63,318 nucleotides of DNA from a virus (Duplodnaviria; Caudoviricetes). The notes under the pieces were generated by a model. The model was not told the origin of the DNA. It saw only the letters and a program-made list of their open reading frames with translations, and did not search any database. Location of the stretch: IMG/VR virus record IMGVR_UViG_3300032227_001118, positions 1-63,318 of that record; one strand, given 5' to 3'. The stretch's first letter is position 1, and every line of letters begins with the position of its first letter. The position numbers and the translations under genes were made by a program. Positions 59,001 through 63,318 of this stretch are shown in pieces.

Positions 59001-59621
59001 GTGAATACCGGAACATCTCATCAGTTTATGAATGATGGGATAACCTTTGCCAATGGGACATTGGCTGTAGATCAAATAGAAGTTAATTATGGAGGTAGAA
59101 AATTAAGTAAGGTAGGAACTTTCCATCAAGATACTACCATGTCCTATGATAGTCCACAGTTAAAATATCAAGGAACTATTACTTCGGTAAGTCTATTACC
59201 TGTTACAACAGTAATAGGCACGGGGTATACTGTAACTGATACCAATCAAGTATGGGTTTATGAAAATTCGATTGAAGAAGAGTCTGTAAACGGTTATGTT
59301 TATCACGGATTAGATTATAGAGATCCTGAGTTTACCGTAGATGTCGACTCTCAGGAGATTACGTTAAATATTGAAAATGGTGTTCGGGAAGGTATTGAAC
59401 TTACCTTGGTTAAGCGCGAAATTGTTTCGGTATGGAATGACATAGTAAATTCCGAAAAAACCAAATCGTTAATGGAGAGTACTACAGCGCAGGCCAAGTT
59501 TTTACAGTCTCGTCCTGCTGAATTACCAGATAAGTATTACTACGGTGGTGATACAGCGTTATATGGAAATGACGGATATGCCATAACTACCAATGAAGAT
59601 CAGCCGTTAGAAGGATATTAA
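47031..59621 (+). CDS. Giant baseplate wedge/appendage protein (gp7-like position; FG-GAP-like propeller region)
   Basis: 4196 aa following gp6; LLPEFLKT start, YIKEKGT motif, EVKPYHT motif; repeats FGxSLA...VGAP...GxVYxY. Confidence 0.7.
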   Translation: MAAKDIKSINLLPEFLKTDKNSKFLASTLDQLINPAQLERIDGYIGSTQTVNYNASSDIYISETTQLRRNYQLEPACVIKDSLGTVNDVIGIDDLTNEIVLNGGYSDNFDRLYRSNFYSYNPHIDWDKFLNYQNYYWLVNGPDDVVINNTGTQALNIATNILTTSSYIYNGINLLNGMKVRFLGNIFPEYYRDQDFFVEGVGYQIKLIPYVDLYSSEDITTLYIEQFDATPFDEYPFDGYKNLPENIEYVTINRASKDLNSWSRYNRWVHKDVITASARSTGQQPVYPSDKRARRPIIEFNADLKLFNYGSIGISDIDLIDTTTTDVFSTAEGSPGYYVDGVLLEQGHKVIFAADTDSTVRNKIYQVNYIVIQNKTRLTLKEIIAPATGAVTSIVLGNNHAGTSWWYDGDKWIYAQQHTTINQAPLFDLFDNQGHSYSDINFYKSNFAGNKIFGYEIGTNYDPILQFNIKYRNSVGTGSYLFKNYFMTDTISISVNSLTTEIISTGITYFKFGNQYVNVWSATDHYPIPKLISSETGDTYYEPPLGLTNNPLNGPIDSFTLSEIEDHLNNSQRRLISNINPLVFAQIFIGKKEHSLIDALDGAAKQYNQYKMAFLRKIAQIDNQTDPIAAVDQVLKELNAEKDTLSPYYLSDMAPYGTDKIVRTWTVNNNRNKIYPITSDYDPTALSMRSVLVYLNGVQLIRDNEYQFEINDSSIKILVDLAVGDTIVVNDYTNTIGNFVPSTPTKLGLYPKYVPAIFNDPTYVDEDIKVIQGHDGSLMVAYNDYRDDIILEFEKRIFNNIKAAYRKELLDYNTVIPGAFRTTQYSADEVKGIITGDFNNWAGQYGIEITNNSAFGEDNPFSWNYTNTYNSTVNINLTGSWRAVYKYFYDTDRPHSHPWEMLGYTEKPTGWDLNYSWIDPVKRSALISAITRGSLSSSANSIYARPGFSSIVPVDEFGDLLDPTELIVQPNSITPTKIRSVWAFNQQGPAETAWRRSSYWPFVLQKLLALTRPADYAALLYDPIRLTKNIAGQWTYGNNYQFLSPTIVKIHGDESNLTTGYSVFVSEHGRSRTGNYIQELKSDLKYLDFNLFYKVGGFISKNKMQIIIDAIDPTSSSSGAILPPEDYNLILNTSNPVKTTSISGIIVQKSNGKFIVRGYDNYRPYFNIYPAVRNATTPTITIGGVSQPYVLWKSSSSGGNTGLNDADVTTAQSATYGVFYQVGQIVSYGDRFYRVKINHKSGDTFNPNYFQLLPSLPIDGGVSVQTAIRYDKVVVQVPYGKEFDRIQEVYDLIVGYGAWLEDQGFIFDQFNDDLQVILDWKFSGNEFLFWTTQNWADNSVITLSPFADQVKFYSADSMVDNIFDKFYRRSVLQVNGKSIRPSNLSVNRDNGICTIRTSNTPQGIYFAVLNNVQKEHAMLFNNTTMFNDTIYDIETGYRQRRMRLVGFRTAGWNGDYFSPGFIYDAAVVNNWKTYTDYRHADIAIFNGNYYSANQNIVGAAEFDFNKWTLLRSKPTADLIPNFDYKISQFEDFYSSDIDNFDPAQQKMAQHLTGYTPRVYLNNIFTNPISQYKFYQGYIKEKGTRNSIAKLAKASIHNLQGEIDYTEEWAFRVGHYGSYETFKELEIPLVEGKFIENPQIIKFTDEVPAVPNDLIYYSTATSWSIIPTDYVATSTFVTTLGTDIFQLPIAGYVNFDDIDYTAYNEDDVLSILNSGTSIKRGDTVWVAAKKNNDWGVFRYALSSSRIIGVRAESGTTGELTIITDKTHYLSKGDIISIYECDSRIDGIYMVKSVSNNVTEFAIDYPTPAVITKLESTGLLFKFVNSRYNSYDELPADNTLLQFPIKTKVWVDNDGTGDWVVYEKVKNYNRYSVYGSSSMANEKLGWSLTKAKRSNIFMVGAPGYKTTNNTGTVFVYAEKDNSIEVKIRYSLNTNSLTYHVPGGNAEFGYSLAYDDREFIGATGPSGYGLFFAGAPGASGTKSNDPNGNVRYAYNTGTISTFIQEGAVKISVIDPFSDEEYTKHVLLSPNPSSYERFGHSLYLQQTTIDFTKLLLVGAPQIYNRGTGNVYAYFISDYTDIVDGTITELYFEYHVSVVASGITLAPGDRWGYSISGSDDAGIVAISAPGHLNNAGVVSIFAGTYLDHVQNINSPFGKHGKFGEVVKVSPDGSYLFVSAIDARGVDQSYGKVAVYTMTNSLFVLDSILENPLPTVGMKFGRAIDINDSNTELVISAIGKNKQIVTTFDTYKDLLPLADQPDPTTLYAKNPDSIILAEPTIFDADSTAFYDSAVESGSVYIYNRKTNKFRLTYDLAPVNVSAGTNYGYSVAVNTNSIYVGAPAYSSNTPSAVHQFYKINKESDSLRAIRNQNRLIDSNTIQKISIIDSFNEEVIDYIDIIDPVKGKIAGQADQDIRYKSSIDPAIYSTGTNATVNDINNNWLDSHVGELWWDLGTVKYIWYEQGDVTYRKNNWGRVFPGSSIDIYEWVGTPYLPSEWAQLADTVAGLSQDISGQPKYPDNSVVSVKQVYNSATLSFENRYYFWVKNKVTLPNVKNRRITANQITKIIVDPTLYGLKYAAIIDRDSMILSNLGDTLIDDRIHINITSDIINNPIPLHTEWLLLQEGLATSRPNTLLEKKLFDSLLGHDSLGNPVPDPVLSPRARYGISIRPRQTLFKNRFEAIRNIVEFANSVLITKCIIGNYSFTNLNKQETVPYQEINRYDEIVEDNEGLLLVNTRNFVKAQLSCKITNGKIITVSIVNPGRGYKTAPIVKISNNTDSLAEIKTVINESGSVINTEIVNAGSKFTTAPELEVRSYTVIVLADNENNGKWSEFVYDVSNKLWARLHTQQYNTTLYWEYRDWISPDYNPFIDYYYTVDEIYELELLEDIQAGDYVKVKNGGLGYYIILEKTANGTIGDFSKQFNILYSENGTIQILDTVWNVVNSNLNFDQNRSYDQTLYDQTPDTELNYILIALRDDLFINELKINWNLLFFKAVKYALSEQKLLDWAFKTSFINVVNNAGSLDQRSVYKLQNAKYFEDYIKEVKPYHTNIRSFTAKYSVLESSGSYVTDFDLPSYYDRDTNEFTSIEIRASESSSTFTITNTLTNVYPWKAWTDNYLTSGTVRTNLIGVKFDRISRGPEIDNLRKVDNFVCNGSNTSFVLSWEAEPDKSLITITVGGALVLASDYSITYYEEDYGQFPGEYRKNRCKIVFLNYAPPDDQILTVSYYKKTSLLNATDRILNFYTATSGMPGLDLGQLMTGIVYPKTRVEGLMFDYTTDWDIYPGYGASSYADSVGFYTSTTSTSASTQSGTWTSIQLSDLTGISVGQYVNVSSMLTQIFTTATVRVININTTTNVVTFNTTTFETITTGSNIEFWTLDSDMSILDSAIVGGTWNSFNRVDALGINPEDITIDGEGFITANTSHAPEELIPGEVNESVGINVYTKNPQGAPVVLSSNIDIVAGTTSTQTLGIVPPSIDNIIVTFNNNIFTYITGTNFTTSTYTIDWATNQIIIPPQPVSGNLGYTIVSIGGGRPDREAGVIDSASISIIGTSTVQVQSLSSYQTIKSAYVTVNGQKIESTGTTGIYYQLTYASSINRRAAVNVYNLPVNKTNTVTAWFFGTFNKYFNEVREETFPITGGTYYTLSYPPGDIEPVAEQAIVELYDPATGQRNILRPPHAEYHTVLNDYSTTFSINNIGTYSLGSKLRVYVNEVELKPGFEYSVIGGTQIAINFGICRVGDVVAILSKPTPPNYDYDIVGNILALEPGFPTSKQIKVITYNNHDDMFIRTEQFIGLAGRRYQISRPALNNNYVWVIVNGIPLVNIIDYEILDDMVTIQISSKFEHTASDKITIISISDSPLATTILGYRLFNDIFNRTHFKRLSKQNTTYLTRPLSFTDIEIHVADASVLTPPFVAKNMPGVVIIDGERIEFFTITNNILGQLRRSTLGTAPSFYSEENTKVIDQGLDQTVPYRENIYKQILLTSASTNTYSISAIDYVVNTGTSHQFMNDGITFANGTLAVDQIEVNYGGRKLSKVGTFHQDTTMSYDSPQLKYQGTITSVSLLPVTTVIGTGYTVTDTNQVWVYENSIEEESVNGYVYHGLDYRDPEFTVDVDSQEITLNIENGVREGIELTLVKREIVSVWNDIVNSEKTKSLMESTTAQAKFLQSRPAELPDKYYYGGDTALYGNDGYAITTNEDQPLEGY

Positions 59622-59622
59622 C

Positions 59623-60453
59623 ATGCCAAAGATTTCGCAATTACCTGTTATTACAACAGCAACAGATGAGACATATTTTATTGTTGAAGACCGACGGCTG
59701 GCCAAACGTGCTGCATATCGAGATGTTTTAGCTCAAATATCTCGCGGTCCTAGTGGCCCAGCTGGACCAAGCGGAACCGGCCCGCAGGGTCCTAGTGGAC
59801 CGAGCGGTGTAAATGGTACTAACGGAGTAACTGGTCCGCAAGGACCGCAAGGACCAAGCGGACCACAAGGTTCTATTGGTTTTACAGGATTTACTGGAGC
59901 TACTGGCCCTCAAGGAGTAGCCGGTCCTCAAGGACCAAGCGGACCCAGTGGTTTTAGTAATGTAGCAGGTCCACAAGGCCCGCAAGGAGTTGTCGGAGCA
60001 CAGGGACCTCAGGGATCTCAAGGACCACAGGGTTTACAAGGCCCAAGCGGGCCCAGTGGCGTACAAGGACCTAGTGGTGTTAGCAATGTATCGGGTCCAC
60101 TAGGACCTCGTGGTTTTACTGGTCCTCAGGGAGTACAAGGACCCAGTGGTGTTAGCAATGTACCCGGACCGCAAGGACCACAGGGCGATGTTGGACCACA
60201 GGGAGTATCGGGCCCACAGGGAGTATCGGGCCCACAGGGAGTATCGGGTCCTCAAGGAGTATCGGGTCCTCAAGGAGTATCCGGCCCAAGTGGGCCCAGC
60301 GGAGCCAACGGTATAACAGTAGTGGCAGTTCCTACTACCAGTACCAGTCCTGGTGTAGTTGGCCAAATAGCATATTCGGGCGATTTTGTCTACATATGTG
60401 TTGCTACCGATACATGGCGTAGACTCTATGCCACTACCTTTACTGCAACATAA
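59623..60453 (+). CDS. Collagen-like short fibre
   Basis: MPKISQLP start; ~190 aa Gly-X-Y; C-terminal [13 protein letters not shown]....[12 protein letters not shown]. Confidence 0.8.
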   Translation: MPKISQLPVITTATDETYFIVEDRRLAKRAAYRDVLAQISRGPSGPAGPSGTGPQGPSGPSGVNGTNGVTGPQGPQGPSGPQGSIGFTGFTGATGPQGVAGPQGPSGPSGFSNVAGPQGPQGVVGAQGPQGSQGPQGLQGPSGPSGVQGPSGVSNVSGPLGPRGFTGPQGVQGPSGVSNVPGPQGPQGDVGPQGVSGPQGVSGPQGVSGPQGVSGPQGVSGPSGPSGANGITVVAVPTTSTSPGVVGQIAYSGDFVYICVATDTWRRLYATTFTAT

Positions 60454-60456
60454 ATA
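60449..60456 (+). promoter_or_regulatory. Late promoter CATAAATA
   Basis: Overlaps the upstream stop codon, 5 nt before the ATG at 60462. Confidence 0.5.
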
Positions 60457-60461
60457 CCACT

Positions 60462-61091
60462 ATGAACAACACAGCAACCATAAGAAAACCCGACGAGCAA
60501 GGCTCTATCAGTATTCAAGGTCATATTAAGATTTTTGATCCGATATCTAACGACGTGTTTATTGACAAGCGTAATGCTATTCATTATGAAAATTTTTCAC
60601 TGGCACTTGCAAGAAGTTTAAGTAGTCAGGGATTTGGCACCATTGCAGAAATGGCGTTTGGTAATGGCGGAACACGGGTAGGGGAAACTGGTATCATCAC
60701 TTATCTAACCCCTAATACCGTAGGTGTTAATAGCACATTATACAACGAAACATACAGTAAAATTGTTGATCCTAAGTTATTCGGAAGTTTAGATCCGGCT
60801 AGAAACTTTATGGAAGTACGCCATATATTGGGTACTGCATATACCGATATATTGGTCAGTTGTTTGTTAGATTTTGGTGAGCCGTCTGGTCAAGCAGCAT
60901 TTGACAATGCTACCAATACAGATGGAGAGTTTGTTTTTGATGAGTTAGGTCTCAGGACATATAGTCCTGAAGGTCCGGGATTAGGAGACTTATTAACTCA
61001 TGTAATATTTCATCCTGTTCAGAAATCATTGAACAGGATGATACAAATTGATTATACAGTAAGAGTTCAAAGTCTTACCAATGGAATTTAA
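60462..61091 (+). CDS. Baseplate/tail-collar structural protein
   Basis: GHIKI.D......DKRNAIH, MAFGNGG, FDELGL, LLTHVIFHPVQKS.NR.I.I.YT pattern of fibre-anchor baseplate proteins. Confidence 0.6.
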   Translation: MNNTATIRKPDEQGSISIQGHIKIFDPISNDVFIDKRNAIHYENFSLALARSLSSQGFGTIAEMAFGNGGTRVGETGIITYLTPNTVGVNSTLYNETYSKIVDPKLFGSLDPARNFMEVRHILGTAYTDILVSCLLDFGEPSGQAAFDNATNTDGEFVFDELGLRTYSPEGPGLGDLLTHVIFHPVQKSLNRMIQIDYTVRVQSLTNGI

Positions 61092-61093
61092 AC

Positions 61094-63318
61094 ATGTCTT
61101 ATTTATTGAAATTTTCCGATGATAATAAGAACGATATTATAGTTCCTGCTATGCCGCCCGGCATCAATGCAGTTGATACAAGTTTAAGTTTGGTAGGTAG
61201 AGGATATCCCAACTATGGTGAAAAAATAGCAGAAAATTTTTTACACCTATTAGAAAATTTTGCCAAATATGCTTCTCCTGAAAATCCTATAGAGGGACAG
61301 TTATGGTACGATACCAGTGACCCCGATAATAAAGTATTGAGAGTTATGGATGGAACAAGTTGGCCAAGTGTAAGTGGAATATACCGACAGCCATCTGATC
61401 CAAAGTTAGGAACCAATTCGGGGTTAAAAGACGGCGATATTTGGGTCGATACTGACAAGTCTCAACTTAAAATTTATAGGTCTGGAAATTGGAACACTGT
61501 AGGTCCTACTACTTCGACAAATACTGGACCCGTTGTTGCCACATTGTCGGCATTATCTGGTGGAACACACGATGTCATATTAAACAAAGCGGAAGGCAAT
61601 GTTATATCTATTGTAACAAATAGTGCTTTTACGATCGGTCCGGATATACCACAAGAAGTTGAAGGATTTAGAACATTAACTACCGGAACAAATTTAGCCA
61701 CTGGATCTATTCTCAATGGAACGGCATTGACTGCGTTGAATTTATCTATTGACGATTTTACCTATCGTGCTTCGACCTTTTTAAGAAAGGATAATCCAGG
61801 CGGAGAAATAATTACAGGCAAAGTTCGTTTTGTTGGAAGTTATGGTGTAACAATCTCTTCTAATTCCGGGGATAATACTCCTATTCAGTTTTATAAGAAT
61901 ATTAATGATGCGGTAGTTCTTAATAATACACCCGGTGGGAAATTAATATTTAGAACTGTAGGTACTACACCCGGAATATCAGATTCTATGTATATAGAAA
62001 AAGATCTGGTAAAAGTTAATATCACTACCGAGGCCACTAGTCCTAGAAGAGGTGCTTTAGTAGTTGCTGGAGGATTAGCAGTCGGCGGGAATCTTCACGT
62101 AGGTAAGGAATTATATGTTAATACATTTACTTTTAATACATTGATATTAAGGAGTACAACAATATCGGTATCTACTAATACAGGTGCATTACAAGTGCGC
62201 GGTGGAGTTGGTATTGGTGGTAATTTAAATGTTGGCAGAATCTTAAAGATTTTTGGTACAAATAATTCCACATCAACTGCCACTGGTTCATTACAGGTAA
62301 TAGGAGGGGTTGGTATTGGTGGTAGATTGAATGTTGGTAATACCGCAACAATCTATAGTATAGCCGTATCAACCTCTACAACCACCGGTGCTTTGACTGT
62401 TGTTGGCGGAGTTGGTATCGGTGGTAGATTGAATATTGGTAATACCGCAACTATCTATAGTACAGCCGCATCAATATCGACCAACACAGGTGCTTTACAA
62501 GTAGCAGGAGGTGTTGGTATTGGTGATAGATTGAATATTGGTAATACCGCAACTATCTATAGTACAGCCGCATCAACATCAACTACCACTGGCGCTTTAC
62601 AAGTAGTAGGAGGTGTTGGTATCGGTGGTAATTTAAATGTTGGTAGTACATCGTCGGTTTTTGGTAATTCGTATATTGGTGAAAATACATCAACAACTTA
62701 TATTGGTGGTTATAATAAATGGCTTGTTCTTGATGGAATTCCAAAAGAAACAACCGTGGGTATAGCCGGAATTGAACTTAGAGGAGGTTCTTTTTCCGGC
62801 AACGGCATACAAAGCCAAATTAATTTTGTTGCTCGTACAACAGGCGGAACCGATGCCAACTCGGGTAGAATAGAACTTACCAACAGTGCAAACAAGACTA
62901 ACACCGGTATAATGAAAATATATACTGCCGGGTTTACGAGCGGGTTAGTTGAAGCATTACGAATTGATGATTCTCAAATAGTTTCAGTTCGAAGTAATGA
63001 AATTTCAACATCAACTACCACTGGCGCTTTACAAGTAGTAGGAGGTGTTGGTATCGGTGGTAGTTTAAATGTAGGTGGTCTGGCCAATAACACTTCTTCC
63101 TATATTGTTTACTATAACACATCTACTGGTGCATTCAGCTACGGTGCTAATACCGGAGGAGTGGCCGGCGGACCAAGTGGCGTAGGAAGTCCCGGGCCAA
63201 CTGGACCAAGTGGACCAAGTGGCGTAGGAAGTCCCGGGCCAACTGGACCAAGTGGACCAAGTGGCCCTGCTAACGGTCCATCCGGACCAAGTGGACCAAG
63301 TGGATCAAGTGGACCAAG
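61094..63318 (+). CDS. Baseplate-attached tail fibre protein, truncated at window end (absent from ORF track)
   Basis: ATG at 61094: MSYLLKFSDD...SLSLVGRGYPNYGEKIAENFLHLLENFA..PENPIEGQLWYD; GGVGIGG repeats; collagen at the end in the same frame. Confidence 0.85.
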   Translation, partial: MSYLLKFSDDNKNDIIVPAMPPGINAVDTSLSLVGRGYPNYGEKIAENFLHLLENFAKYASPENPIEGQLWYDTSDPDNKVLRVMDGTSWPSVSGIYRQPSDPKLGTNSGLKDGDIWVDTDKSQLKIYRSGNWNTVGPTTSTNTGPVVATLSALSGGTHDVILNKAEGNVISIVTNSAFTIGPDIPQEVEGFRTLTTGTNLATGSILNGTALTALNLSIDDFTYRASTFLRKDNPGGEIITGKVRFVGSYGVTISSNSGDNTPIQFYKNINDAVVLNNTPGGKLIFRTVGTTPGISDSMYIEKDLVKVNITTEATSPRRGALVVAGGLAVGGNLHVGKELYVNTFTFNTLILRSTTISVSTNTGALQVRGGVGIGGNLNVGRILKIFGTNNSTSTATGSLQVIGGVGIGGRLNVGNTATIYSIAVSTSTTTGALTVVGGVGIGGRLNIGNTATIYSTAASISTNTGALQVAGGVGIGDRLNIGNTATIYSTAASTSTTTGALQVVGGVGIGGNLNVGSTSSVFGNSYIGENTSTTYIGGYNKWLVLDGIPKETTVGIAGIELRGGSFSGNGIQSQINFVARTTGGTDANSGRIELTNSANKTNTGIMKIYTAGFTSGLVEALRIDDSQIVSVRSNEISTSTTTGALQVVGGVGIGGSLNVGGLANNTSSYIVYYNTSTGAFSYGANTGGVAGGPSGVGSPGPTGPSGPSGVGSPGPTGPSGPSGPANGPSGPSGPSGSSGP
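62150..62650 (+). repeat. 102-bp (34-aa) tandem coding repeats GALQVxGGVGIGGxLNxGNTATIYSTAASTSTTT
   Basis: aataccgcaac recurs at 62339, 62441, 62543. Confidence 0.85.

Noticed and set aside
1-63318. Stop-codon reassignment, inteins or invertible fibre cassettes
   Set aside because: Core genes are full length in the standard code; no intein motifs noticed in gp20/23/46/47; no invertase or flanking inverted recombination sites seen

Overview
Segment of a large T4-related tailed dsDNA phage genome (myovirus; standard genetic code; host not determinable from this window). The minus-strand left arm (1-22656) holds about 11 fibre/appendage genes built from collagen repeats and shared modules. It is followed by the head module (MCP gp23, scaffold gp22, protease gp21, core proteins, portal gp20) and a tape-measure-like gene. 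The centre holds a gp26-like gene with a probable programmed -1 frameshift, a ~430-nt densely structured non-coding element, an AT-rich orphan, a GIY-YIG nuclease, an Hc1-like protein, gp46/gp47 and late sigma gp55. The plus-strand right arm is a baseplate module (gp48-like, gp53, hub, gp5 spike, gp25, gp6, a 4196-aa protein) plus further fibres. Late promoters follow NATAAATA; gp55 and gp47 have sigma70-type promoters. The most notable findings are: (1) an 1847-aa virion-cluster protein with four tandem ~165-aa repeats, plus a fifth separated copy, that resemble phycobiliprotein subunits and keep the bilin-attachment CxRD cysteine; (2) the large candidate ncRNA downstream of the GIY-YIG gene; (3) a lambda G/GT-style T_TTT_TTC frameshift joining gp26-like and gp51-like ORFs. 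All assignments are by-eye motif recognition; no searches were run.
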